Notes: a model not told the origin generated them from the sequence alone. 64,000 nucleotides of DNA from Dehalococcoidia bacterium (GCA_042408785.1 JBHOQU010000032.1:26798-90797); one strand, 5' to 3'. Positions 35,549-46,795 are shown, numbered from the stretch's first letter. Numbers and translations are program-made.

Positions 35549-37612
35549 CTAAGGTCGTTCGGTGTCGTTGGGCTCAGGTAGCTGCTGCTTGGGAGCCTCC
35601 AGGGCCGGGTACTCGGTCCGGGGGTGGTAGATTCCCCGCAGGCCTTCTTTGAGGGCCTGCTTGATCCGTTCGATATCCCCCAGGGTGAGGTCGCACTCAT
35701 CCAGCTGGCCCTCGGCGATGCGCAGGGCCACCATCCGGTCGACGATGGCATCCAGATCCTCGGGGGTGTGGGAGCGGGCGCTCCGGGCGGTAGCCTCGAC
35801 GGTGTCGGCCAGCATCAGGATAGCCGCCTCTTTCGAGCGGGGTTTCGGGCCGGGGTAACGAAACTCCTCGGGGGAAACGTTCAACCCCAGCTCCTTGGCC
35901 CGGTGGTAAAAGTACTGAATCAGGGTGGTCCCGTGGTGCTCGGCAATGAGGTCCCGAACCCGGCCCGGGAGCCGGTGGCGCCGGGCCAGCTCGAGGCCGT
36001 CGGTTACGTGGGCGCGGATGAGCTCGACGCTAACCCGGGGGTCAAGCCGGTCGTGGATATTTTCCCCGGGGGCCTGGTTTTCGGTGTAGAAGCCGGGCCG
36101 CACAAGCTTGCCGATGTCGTGGTAGTAGGCCCCAACCCTGACCAGCAACTTGTCGGCCTTTACGGCCTCGGCCGCCCGCTCGGCCAGGTTTCCCACAATC
36201 AGCGAGTGGTAGTAAGTTCCGGGAGCCTCGACCAGCAGCCGCCGCAGCAGGGGCTGGTTGGGGTCGGCAAGCTCCAGCAGGTGCGAGCCCGTAGTTATCC
36301 CGAAAATGTAGCCCAGAACGGCCAGCGACCCCACCGTCAGGGCGGCGGACAGCAACCCGTTCACCAGGCACAGGAAGGCGAGGAGGGGCAGGCTCATGGG
36401 CTCCAGGTCCCGAACCATCAGCCGGAAGCCTAAGGTCGCCGCCAGGCCGGTCAGGGCGACGCCGACCCCGGCCAGGAAGAAGTGGTGGGTGCGGGCGGTG
36501 GGCTGGGCGGCCAGCAGGCCCGCCAGGCCCGTTGCCAGGCCGTAAACCGCCAGCTGGGGCGTGCCAGACCCCACCAGCATCAAGAGCCCGACCAGGGTAA
36601 CCAGGCCGGCCAGCCCCACCCCGGGGCCTAAGAGGGCCCCGGCCAGCATCGGGACGGCCGCCGCTGGGAAGGCCAGCTCGTAGTAGGGCCGGCCCGGAAT
36701 GGTCAGCCGGGCCACCAGGACCGCGCCCACAATGAGCACGGCGATAAGCCCGAACCTGCGGATTGAGAGGATGGTCCGGGGTTCGAAGACTGCCAGATAG
36801 CCGGCCAGGGCCGCGGCGAGGCCCGCCGCAATCAGGCCCACCGACCCGAGCTGGTAAAGGTCGATGCCGCCGCTGGCGAGGCCGGTGGCGGCCAGCTTCT
36901 CCAGGGCCAGGACGGTGGCCACTTCCCCGTCCCGCAGGATGACTTCCCCGGCCTCGACCGTTACCACCACCGGTTCCACCCGCCGGCGGGCCGCCTCCCG
37001 GGCCGCCTCGGTCTGGGCCGCATCCACCGTAAGGTTGGGAACGATGTGGGCCCGGGCCAGCTCGACGGCAACCCGGGCCTGGAGGGGGTTCAAATCGGGG
37101 CTAAGCTGGGCCGGGAGCTGGTCCCGAACCGCGCCGACCTGTTCGGCGGTGATGCGGTTGCGCATCGCCTCCGACACCAGCCGGACGGCCTCATTCCTGA
37201 CCTGATTCCACTCGGCTTCGGAGAGGCGTAGGACGGCCAGGATTCCTTCCGGGGACAGCCCGGACTCCGAAAGGCGGCTGAGCTGGGTCCGCTTTTCGTC
37301 GTCGGTGAGGTTAGTCGACTGCCTGATGGCCGTGATCTGGTCGCCGAGGTTGCGTAGCCGCTGGACTTGCTGCCCGGCCAGGGCCGGGTCGTAGGCATAG
37401 ATATCGGCGATCCGGGCGGCAGCCTCTTCCCGGGCCTGGTTGGTGAGGAACTGGCTTACGAACTGGACCCGGCGGGGGGATTTTATGGTCTGGCGGGCAA
37501 CGTCACCTTCCCGGAGCTGAAACTGACCCGGCAGAAACTGGATCCCGAGGGTTAAGGTCAGGCTTACCGAGAGGACGGCCCAGAAGAGAAGGGCCCTGAC
37601 AGGGAGCCGCAT
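35549..37612 (-). CDS. pgpH: 7TM receptor with intracellular HD hydrolase domain (PgpH-like cyclic-di-AMP phosphodiesterase)
   Basis: N-terminal extracellular domain, 7 TM helices and a C-terminal HD domain (YYHSLIVGN..., YYHDIGK, AEHHGT). Same domain architecture as the YqfF/PgpH family. Confidence 0.8.
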   Translation of the reverse strand: MRLPVRALLFWAVLSVSLTLTLGIQFLPGQFQLREGDVARQTIKSPRRVQFVSQFLTNQAREEAAARIADIYAYDPALAGQQVQRLRNLGDQITAIRQSTNLTDDEKRTQLSRLSESGLSPEGILAVLRLSEAEWNQVRNEAVRLVSEAMRNRITAEQVGAVRDQLPAQLSPDLNPLQARVAVELARAHIVPNLTVDAAQTEAAREAARRRVEPVVVTVEAGEVILRDGEVATVLALEKLAATGLASGGIDLYQLGSVGLIAAGLAAALAGYLAVFEPRTILSIRRFGLIAVLIVGAVLVARLTIPGRPYYELAFPAAAVPMLAGALLGPGVGLAGLVTLVGLLMLVGSGTPQLAVYGLATGLAGLLAAQPTARTHHFFLAGVGVALTGLAATLGFRLMVRDLEPMSLPLLAFLCLVNGLLSAALTVGSLAVLGYIFGITTGSHLLELADPNQPLLRRLLVEAPGTYYHSLIVGNLAERAAEAVKADKLLVRVGAYYHDIGKLVRPGFYTENQAPGENIHDRLDPRVSVELIRAHVTDGLELARRHRLPGRVRDLIAEHHGTTLIQYFYHRAKELGLNVSPEEFRYPGPKPRSKEAAILMLADTVEATARSARSHTPEDLDAIVDRMVALRIAEGQLDECDLTLGDIERIKQALKEGLRGIYHPRTEYPALEAPKQQLPEPNDTERP

Positions 37613-37617
37613 CTGGG

Positions 37618-38088
37618 TCAGCGGGCTTCCCCGGCCAGCAGCTCCTGGACCACCTCGCTCACCAGCCGGCCCTCGGCCCGCCCCCTCACCCTGGGCATCA
37701 GGCGGGCCATCACCTTGCCCACGTCGCGGGGTCCGCTGGCCCCCACCTCGGCGATCACCTGCCGGGCAAGTTCGGCGACCTCGTCCCGGCTGAGCTGGGC
37801 CGGCAGGTAACGCTCCAAGATTTCCAGTTCGGACCGCTCTTTAGCCGCCAGGTCGGACCGGCCGCCCTTTTCGAACTCGGCGATGCTCTCCCGGCGCTGG
37901 CGGATCTGGCGGGCAATAACCTCGTAGACCTCAGCCTCTTCAAGGGGACGGCCTCGCTCCACCTCGGCGTAGCGGATGGCCGAGCGGAGCAGGCGGAGGG
38001 TTTCGCGGGTTATAACGTCTTGGCGTCGGGTCGCGTCGAGAAGGTCAGCCTGAATGCGGTCCAGAAGTCGCTGACCACTTTCACTCAT
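37618..38088 (-). CDS. GatB/YqeY-domain protein
   Basis: YqeY pattern (AIRYAEVERG...). Sits immediately downstream of rpsU as in many Firmicutes. Confidence 0.75.
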   Translation of the reverse strand: MSESGQRLLDRIQADLLDATRRQDVITRETLRLLRSAIRYAEVERGRPLEEAEVYEVIARQIRQRRESIAEFEKGGRSDLAAKERSELEILERYLPAQLSRDEVAELARQVIAEVGASGPRDVGKVMARLMPRVRGRAEGRLVSEVVQELLAGEAR

Positions 38089-38115
38089 CAAGGTTAGCCC
38101 TGGGGGCCGCCGCAC

Positions 38116-38301
38116 CTAGCCGCTGTTTCGCAAACTTTTGCGCCGCTTCACCGCGGCCTTCTTCTTGCGCTTAACGCTGGGGGGTTCGTAGTGGGCGCGC
38201 CGGCGCGCCTCAGCCAGGATACCCTCCTGCTGGACCTTCTTAGTGAAGCGCTTAAGGGCCTGGTCGAAACTCTCGTGTTCGCTGACGATTACTTCGGTCA
38301 C
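38116..38301 (-). CDS. rpsU: 30S ribosomal protein S21
   Basis: VTEVIVSEHESFDQALKRFTKKVQQEGILAEARRRAHYEPPSVKRKKK is the S21 signature. GTG start with an AGGAGG RBS. Confidence 0.9.
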   Translation of the reverse strand: MTEVIVSEHESFDQALKRFTKKVQQEGILAEARRRAHYEPPSVKRKKKAAVKRRKSLRNSG

Positions 38302-38342
38302 TTGACCTCCTTGTCGGGCTCGAGGGGCCTTTCCTCAATCGC

Positions 38343-38373
38343 ATTATATTACAGGCCTTGACTCCCCTGTCAA
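38343..38373 (-). promoter_or_regulatory. Candidate rpsU promoter (TTGACA ... TATAAT on the minus strand)
   Basis: Complement of 38368-38373 is TTGACA and complement of 38343-38348 is TATAAT (17-19 nt spacer, overlapping TGTAATATAAT). An AGGAGG RBS precedes the GTG. Confidence 0.45.
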
Positions 38374-38487
38374 ACCGGGCCACCGGAAAACCCACCGCCC
38401 GGTGCCCGACCCTTCCGGGGTCGACTTGACAGGGGAGGGCGGGTCTGCTATACGTCAAGCAGACTTCAGGAGGCGGCGAGCGGGGCT

Positions 38488-39237
38488 GTGGACAGCGCCT
38501 TTGCGGCCGAAGTCAGGCGGCGGCTCGAAGAGGTTCTCGACCCCGAACTGGATGAGTCCATCGTAAGCCTCGGTTTCGTCAGGGGCCTTGACCTTAAAGA
38601 TGGTGTCCTGACCGTAACCTTAAAGCTTCCCACCTTCTGGTGCGCCCCGAACTTTGCGTTCATTATGGCCGACGACGTCCGTCGGACCCTTCTAGCCCTC
38701 GATGGGGTTCGGGAGGTCCGGGTCGCCCTCGAAGACCACTTCGCCGCCGAGCAGGTCTGCGCCGGGGTAAACCTGGGCAAATCCTTCCCCGAAACTTTCC
38801 CCGGTGAAGCCGAATCGGACCTGGACACCCTTCGGGACCTTTTCCGGCGCAAGGGGTTTATACGCCGCCAGGAGGAGGCCGTGCGCACCCTAGCCGAGGC
38901 CGGCCTCAGCCCCGGTCGGATCTGTGCCCTCCGCCTGGCCGACCTGCGGCCAGCCGGTGACCGGTTTATCGTCGGCGGCGAGGGGGGACCCGTGTCTGTT
39001 CCGGCCGAGCCCATCAGCCGCTACCTTGAGCGCCGGCGGGAGCTTGGGCTCAATGCCTCCCTGGAAAGCCCCCTCTTCGTCGACCTTTCGGGCCGGCCTT
39101 TCACCCCCGAAGGGCTGGCCGCTTACCTGCGCCGGGCGCGCCTGGTTCGAACGTCCCTGGAGGCCAACGCCTTCATCTGCCGGGCCCTGCTTGCGGCCCG
39201 CAACGCCGGAGGAGGTCAAAATGTACCGCACGGCTGA
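38488..39237 (+). CDS. MIP18/DUF59 (Fe-S assembly-associated) domain protein with a C-terminal extension of unknown function
   Basis: N-terminal VRRRLEEVLDPELDESIVSLGFVRGLDLKDGVLTVTL DUF59 signature. The C-terminal 140 aa have no recognisable family. GTG start; 17 nt overlap with the next gene. Confidence 0.55.
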   Translation: MDSAFAAEVRRRLEEVLDPELDESIVSLGFVRGLDLKDGVLTVTLKLPTFWCAPNFAFIMADDVRRTLLALDGVREVRVALEDHFAAEQVCAGVNLGKSFPETFPGEAESDLDTLRDLFRRKGFIRRQEEAVRTLAEAGLSPGRICALRLADLRPAGDRFIVGGEGGPVSVPAEPISRYLERRRELGLNASLESPLFVDLSGRPFTPEGLAAYLRRARLVRTSLEANAFICRALLAARNAGGGQNVPHG

Positions 39238-40249
39238 CGGGCAGGAGATTTTCGTCATCGACGGCCACATCCACTTCTGGGATGCCAGCCCCGAAAACTG
39301 GCGCAACCAGTACGGCGAGGGTTGGATCCGGTGCTTTTACGATTACCACACCGCCCTGAGCCCCGCCGAATATATCTGGCCCTTCGAAAAATACTGCAAA
39401 TACACCGAAGAAGACCTCATCAAGGACCTTTTTATCGAGGGCTACGTCGACATCGGCATCTTTAACTCGACATACCTTACGGAGTTTTTCAGGAACGGCT
39501 TTAATACCCACGTCCAGAACAACGTCCTCAAACAGAAATACCCCGACCGGTTCATCCTCTGCGGGACGTTTGACCCCCGCTGGGGTGAGGCTGGCCTGGA
39601 CGAATTCCGCCGGATGGTGGCCGAGTATCCCATTCAGGGCCTCAAACTTTACACCGCCGAGTGGCGCAACGGATCCCGGGGCTGGAAGCTCACCGACCCG
39701 ATGGCTTACCGCTACTTGGAGCTCTGTCGGGAGCTGGGGATAAAGAACATCCACGTCCATAAAGGTCCCACCATTTACCCCCTGAACAAAGACGCCTTCG
39801 ACGTTCACGACGTCGACCAGGCCGCCACCGATTTTCCGGACCTTAACTTCATCGTGGAGCACGTCGGCCTGCCCCGGCTCGAGGATTTCTGCTGGATCGC
39901 CACCCAGGACAAGAACATCTACGCCGGCCTGGCCGTGGCCAGTGCCTTCATCCGCCGGCGGCCCCGCTATTTCGGGGAGATTATGGCCAACCTTTTGAGC
40001 TGGCTCGGCCCCGACCGGATCCTCTTCGGTAGCGACTACGCCATCTGGTCGCCCAGATGGATTATCGAGGACTTCATGGCCTACGAGCTGCCCGCGGACA
40101 TCAAGCAGGAGTATGGGGTCGACCTTACCCTGGATATTAAACGCAAAATTCTGGGGGAAAACGCCGCCCGTCTTTACGGCATCGACATCGAGGCCCACAG
40201 GCAGCGGCTCAGGGTCGACCCCATCGGCCGCCTCCAGGCCGCGGCCTAA
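39221..40249 (+). CDS. Amidohydrolase_2-family TIM-barrel hydrolase
   Basis: Start MYRTADGQEIFVIDGHIHFWD (HxH metal site) with a GGAGGAGG RBS. NIHVHKGP and FGSDYAIW motifs. The listed ORF from 38924 is an out-of-frame N-terminal extension. Confidence 0.7.
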   Translation: MYRTADGQEIFVIDGHIHFWDASPENWRNQYGEGWIRCFYDYHTALSPAEYIWPFEKYCKYTEEDLIKDLFIEGYVDIGIFNSTYLTEFFRNGFNTHVQNNVLKQKYPDRFILCGTFDPRWGEAGLDEFRRMVAEYPIQGLKLYTAEWRNGSRGWKLTDPMAYRYLELCRELGIKNIHVHKGPTIYPLNKDAFDVHDVDQAATDFPDLNFIVEHVGLPRLEDFCWIATQDKNIYAGLAVASAFIRRRPRYFGEIMANLLSWLGPDRILFGSDYAIWSPRWIIEDFMAYELPADIKQEYGVDLTLDIKRKILGENAARLYGIDIEAHRQRLRVDPIGRLQAAA

Positions 40250-40275
40250 CCAGACCTTCTGACGGGAGGACCGGG

Positions 40276-42290
<2,015 letters not shown>

Positions 42291-42390
42291 CTAGCCCGCC
42301 GCGGGCCCGGCCGCCAACCGCCCCCGGACCGAGAAGGAGGAGGTGCTCCGACTGGCCGGCCGCTACCGAATGTTATACTAGGGGGCGGAG

Positions 42391-43896
42391 GTGGGTGCCT
42401 TGACCGAAGAAAATACGCGGAAACTGAAGATTTTATTTTGCAGCGCCGAAGTCACCCCGTTCGCCAAGACCGGGGGGCTGGCCGACGTGGCCGGCTCCCT
42501 TCCGAAGGCCATCGCCCGGCTGGGCCACGACATCCGGGTCATAACCCCCCGTTACGGCCGGGTCGACCCGGCCCGCTTCGGCCTCCGGCCGATACTGACG
42601 GACCTGCGGGTCCCGATGGACGATGCTTCCGAGCCGGTCGCGATCTATGAGGGGAGTCTTGGGGGGCTGGTCCCCGTCTACTTCGTCGATTCCCAGAAGT
42701 ACTTCCTGCGGGAGGGCATCTACGGCTATCCCGACGACGGCGAGCGGTTTATCCTTTTCAGCCGGGCCGCCCTCGAATTCGTAAAGCAGGTCGGCTGGGC
42801 GCCCGACATCATCCACTGCAATGACTGGCACACGGCCATTGTACCCAACTGGCTTAAGACTATCTACGCCGAGGACCCGTTTTTCGAGAAGACCGCCACT
42901 GTTTACACCATCCACAACCTGGCCTACCAGGGAATCTTCGGCTGGCGCATCCTGGAGATTGCGGGCATCGACGAGTACGGCTTTCTGTATCCCGAGATCC
43001 CCGAGCTGGCCAACGTGGTGGACCTGATGGCCCGGGGGATCCTCTTTGCCGACGTCATAACCACCGTGAGCGAGCGCTATGCTCAGGAAATTCTCACCCC
43101 CGAGTACGGCGAAAAGCTCGACCCCGTCCTTCGGGACCGCAAGGACCGGCTCTTCGGCATCTTAAACGGCATCGACACCGAGGAGCTGAACCCGGCCACC
43201 GACCGCCACCTGGCCGCAAACTTCGACATTAACTCCCTCGACCGCCGGGTCGAAAACAAGCTGGACCTTCAGCGCCAGGCGAACATGCCGGCCAACCCGG
43301 ATGTTCCCCTCCTGGGCATGATCTCGCGTCTGACCGACCAGAAGGGTTTCGACCTGGTGGGCCAGGTGATCGACCCGTTGCTCCGGCTCTTTGACGTCCA
43401 GTTTGTCCTCCTGGGCACCGGCGACCCCCACTACCACGCCATGTTCCGGCGGGTTGCCGAGCAATATCCGGAGAAGACCGGCATCTTTTTAACCTTCAAC
43501 GCCGAGCTGGCCCAGAAGATCTACGGCGGCTCGGACATGTTCTTAATGCCCTCCCGGTTTGAGCCGTGCGGCCTCGGCCAGATGATCGCCATGCGCTACG
43601 GCAGTGTGCCGGTGGTTCGGGAGACGGGTGGCCTGGCCGATACGGTTAAAGATTTCGACCCCCGAACCGGGGAGGGCAACGGCTTTACGTTTAAGCAGTA
43701 TGACCCCTGGGCCTTCTTTGGGGCGATAATCCGGGCCGTGGAGACCTGGAAGCACCGGGAAGTCTGGCGTAAACTGCAGATTCGGGGAATGACCCAGGAC
43801 TTTTCGTGGGACCGCTCGGCCCGGAAATACATCGAAGTTTATCTTAAGGCCCTGGAGTTCCGGGCCGCCGAAGTCTTTCAGGATGGGCCGCGGTGA
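42391..43896 (+). CDS. glgA: Glycogen (starch) synthase
   Basis: KILFCSAEVTPFAKTGGLADV N-terminal signature and a C-terminal GT-B fold with E..GL motif. The start may be TTG at 42400. Confidence 0.88.
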   Translation: MGALTEENTRKLKILFCSAEVTPFAKTGGLADVAGSLPKAIARLGHDIRVITPRYGRVDPARFGLRPILTDLRVPMDDASEPVAIYEGSLGGLVPVYFVDSQKYFLREGIYGYPDDGERFILFSRAALEFVKQVGWAPDIIHCNDWHTAIVPNWLKTIYAEDPFFEKTATVYTIHNLAYQGIFGWRILEIAGIDEYGFLYPEIPELANVVDLMARGILFADVITTVSERYAQEILTPEYGEKLDPVLRDRKDRLFGILNGIDTEELNPATDRHLAANFDINSLDRRVENKLDLQRQANMPANPDVPLLGMISRLTDQKGFDLVGQVIDPLLRLFDVQFVLLGTGDPHYHAMFRRVAEQYPEKTGIFLTFNAELAQKIYGGSDMFLMPSRFEPCGLGQMIAMRYGSVPVVRETGGLADTVKDFDPRTGEGNGFTFKQYDPWAFFGAIIRAVETWKHREVWRKLQIRGMTQDFSWDRSARKYIEVYLKALEFRAAEVFQDGPR

Positions 43897-44969
43897 ACCG
43901 GTCTATTATTGAGCTGCCCGAGGTTGTCGCCGGCCTGCCGGAGGCCGAGCGCCGCCTCTTCGACCGGCTCTTTCGGGTCACGGTGGCGGTGGGGCGGCTC
44001 AGGCCCCCCCCCGAAATGGAGCCGTGGATTGTTAAGACCTTCGGGGCCCTGGAGCCGGTTCTTTCCCAGCGGGTCGTCAAGGTAACAAACCTCATTACCC
44101 TGGAGACGACCCTTTACAACGACCTGCGGGCCCGCCGGCCCATGGAGGCCCGGGTCTCGGCGGATGTCCTGGCCGAAATCGAAAAAAACGCCGGGGACCC
44201 CCTCTGCACGCCCCTGACCGGGACCCCCGAGGATGTCTTCGGCCGGATTGAGGGCAGATTCAGCGTTTCGGCCAGCAACGTGGCCAAATACGACGAGTTC
44301 AGCGGCCTGGTCGTTTTTAAGGAGCACAACCCCCTGGCCATCGAGGCCGAGAAGGTCGTCGACTATCTTAACGTGGCCTGGGGCTGGCTCGAGGCCGCCC
44401 ACCGCCTGGAGCCTCCGGCCCGCTTCCCCTTTATCCTCTGGAACTGCCTCTGGAAGTCAGGGGCTTCCCTCATCCACGGCCACCTGCAGATGGTGCTTAC
44501 CCGGGAGCTTCCCTACGGCAAGGTGGAGGCCCTGCGGCGGGCCCTGGCGGATTACCGGACCCGGTTTGAAGCTGACCTTCTGGCCGACCTGTACGCCGTC
44601 CACGAGGCCCTGGGCCTGAGCCTGCCCGCCCGCAACGGCGTGCGGGGCTTCGTTTACCTTACGCCCCTTAAGGAGCGGGAGGTTTTCCTCTGGGCCGACC
44701 GCCCGGGCGAGGCCCTCTGGTTCGGCCTGGGCCGGGTCCTTGAGGTCTATGTGGGGGAGCTGGGGGTTCAGGCGTTCAACGTCGGCCTTTACCTGCCGCC
44801 CTTCGGCGACCGGGAGGGCTGGGAGGGCTTCCCGGCCCTGGCCAGGGTCGTGGACCGGGGCGACCCGGCCAACCGGACGGCCGACTTTGCCGGCATGGAG
44901 CTTTACGCCGCCAGCGTGGTGGCCTCCGACCCCTTCGAGGTGAGCCGGAGGTTGCGGGAACGGTGGTGA
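43893..44969 (+). CDS. GalT/HIT-superfamily-like nucleotidyltransferase or sugar-nucleotide phosphorylase (HxHxQ motif), translationally coupled to glgA
   Basis: SLIHGHLQMV carries the HxHxQ active-site motif of the GalT/Ap4A-phosphorylase/ADP-glucose-phosphorylase branch. The GTG start overlaps the glgA TGA (GTGA). Confidence 0.45.
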   Translation: MNRSIIELPEVVAGLPEAERRLFDRLFRVTVAVGRLRPPPEMEPWIVKTFGALEPVLSQRVVKVTNLITLETTLYNDLRARRPMEARVSADVLAEIEKNAGDPLCTPLTGTPEDVFGRIEGRFSVSASNVAKYDEFSGLVVFKEHNPLAIEAEKVVDYLNVAWGWLEAAHRLEPPARFPFILWNCLWKSGASLIHGHLQMVLTRELPYGKVEALRRALADYRTRFEADLLADLYAVHEALGLSLPARNGVRGFVYLTPLKEREVFLWADRPGEALWFGLGRVLEVYVGELGVQAFNVGLYLPPFGDREGWEGFPALARVVDRGDPANRTADFAGMELYAASVVASDPFEVSRRLRERW

Positions 44970-44979
44970 GGCTGTCAAG

Positions 44980-45759
44980 GTGGTCCTGCCCAAGCGGTCG
45001 GTAACGGTCGACATTGTGGTTCCCGTTTACAACGAGGAACGGGTCCTGCGCCGCAACGTTGAAGCTTTAAGGTCCTTTCTTCTGGAGACGAATTTCCCCT
45101 ACCGGTGGCAGGTGGTTATCGCCGACAACGCCTCCCGGGACCGGACCCTGGAGGTGGCCCGGGAGCTGGCCGCCGATTACCCGGAGGTCCGGGTCCTGCA
45201 CCTGGAACAGAAGGGCCGGGGCCGGGCCCTGCGGGCCGCCTGGCTTGGGAGCGAGGCCGACGTGGTCTGCTATATGGACGTGGACCTCTCCACCAACCTG
45301 CGGGCATTGGAGCCCCTCATCCGGGCCGTGGCCGAGGAGGGCTATGACCTGGCCATTGGCTCCCGGCTGATGCCGGCCTCCCGCACGACCCGCTCCCTGA
45401 AGCGGGAGGTGATCTCCCGGGCCTATAACTTGCTCATTAAGCTGATGTTCTTTAACCGGTTCAGCGACGCCCAATGCGGGTTTAAGGCCCTCTCCCGCCG
45501 GGCCGTTCAGGCCCTGGTGCCCCTGGTGCGGGACCAGTCGTGGTTTTTCGACTCGGAGCTGCTTTTGCTGGCGGAGCATTTCGGGTATAAGATTAAAGAG
45601 ATTCCGGTGGAGTGGGTCGAGGACCTGGACTCGCGGGTGAACATCCTAAAGACGGCCTGGGAGGACGTCCTGGGCCTCATCCGGGTCCGCTGGACCTTAA
45701 GCCCCTTCGGCCGCCTTAAAATCGGCCCGGCGGCCTCGGAACACCGGCCCACCCTATAA
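44980..45759 (+). CDS. Family 2 glycosyltransferase (polyprenyl-phosphate sugar synthase, Dpm1/GtrB-like)
   Basis: VDIVVPVYNEE, ADNAS.DRT and YMDVDLS (DxD) motifs, soluble GT-A fold. Confidence 0.75.
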   Translation: MVLPKRSVTVDIVVPVYNEERVLRRNVEALRSFLLETNFPYRWQVVIADNASRDRTLEVARELAADYPEVRVLHLEQKGRGRALRAAWLGSEADVVCYMDVDLSTNLRALEPLIRAVAEEGYDLAIGSRLMPASRTTRSLKREVISRAYNLLIKLMFFNRFSDAQCGFKALSRRAVQALVPLVRDQSWFFDSELLLLAEHFGYKIKEIPVEWVEDLDSRVNILKTAWEDVLGLIRVRWTLSPFGRLKIGPAASEHRPTL

Positions 45760-45770
45760 CCCTTTTAACC

Positions 45771-46790
45771 ATGTCCGTTCTTGACCGCCTCTATGCCCGC
45801 TACGGCCCTGCCCTCGAGGCCGAGCTCCGGTCGGCCGTGCCAGACGACGGGACCCTGCTTTCGCGGATGGTGGCCTACCACCTGGGCTGGGTCGACGCCG
45901 AGGGCCGGCCGGCCGCCGCCGACCCCGGCAAGCGCATCCGACCCCTCCTGATGCTGCTGGCCTGCGAGGGGGTTGGGGGCGACTGGCGGGCGGCCCTGCC
46001 CGGGGCCGCCGCCCTGGAGCTGGTGCATAACTTCACCCTGATTCACGACGACATTCAGGACCGTTCCCCCGAGCGGCGTCACCGGCCGGCCGTTTGGGTC
46101 CGCTGGGGGGAAAGCCAGGCCATCAACGCCGGGGACGGCCTTTTCGCCCTGGCCTTTCGGAAGCTGGCCGACCTGGCCGGCAGGGTTGGCTCGGAAACGG
46201 CCCTGGAATGCGCCCGGATGCTGGCGGAGACCTGCTGGGTGGTCTGTCAGGGGCAGGTGGCCGACTTGGAGCTGGCGGCCCGCCCGGTGGCGACCCTGGA
46301 AGAGTACTTCGGGATGGTCCGGCGCAAGACCGGGGCCCTGATCGGGGCGGCGGTGGGGATGGGGGTGCTGGTGGGGGGGTGGCCGGGGGCGGTGGCCGCC
46401 GCCCGGGAGTTCGGCGAGGCCCTGGGGGTGGCCTTCCAGGCCTGGGACGACTACCTGGGCATCTGGGGGCGGCGGGAGGTCACCGGCAAGCCGGCCGGGG
46501 ATGACCTGCGGGAGCGCAAGAAGACCTTGCCGGTCGTCTGGGCCCTTGAGGCAGGGCCCCCTGAGCTCCGGCGCCGCCTGGCCGAGGCGTACGCCGCCGA
46601 AATCGGACCAGATGCCGCGGCCGAGCTGGCCGACCGGCTGGCCGAGGCCGGGGCCGAGGCCTTCACCCGCCGAACGGCCGCCGAATGGGCCGAGCGGGCC
46701 GGCCGGCTTCTGGGCAACTTCCCCTTCCGGCCGGAAATTCGGGCCGATTTTGCCGACCTTATCGAGTTTATTTTTAGCCGGGAATTCTAG
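45771..46790 (+). CDS. trans-Isoprenyl diphosphate (polyprenyl) synthase family protein
   Basis: First Asp-rich motif LIHDDIQD is canonical. The second motif reads FQAWDDYLG (DDxxG rather than DDxxD). Confidence 0.7.
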   Translation: MSVLDRLYARYGPALEAELRSAVPDDGTLLSRMVAYHLGWVDAEGRPAAADPGKRIRPLLMLLACEGVGGDWRAALPGAAALELVHNFTLIHDDIQDRSPERRHRPAVWVRWGESQAINAGDGLFALAFRKLADLAGRVGSETALECARMLAETCWVVCQGQVADLELAARPVATLEEYFGMVRRKTGALIGAAVGMGVLVGGWPGAVAAAREFGEALGVAFQAWDDYLGIWGRREVTGKPAGDDLRERKKTLPVVWALEAGPPELRRRLAEAYAAEIGPDAAAELADRLAEAGAEAFTRRTAAEWAERAGRLLGNFPFRPEIRADFADLIEFIFSREF

Positions 46791-46795
46791 CCGCG

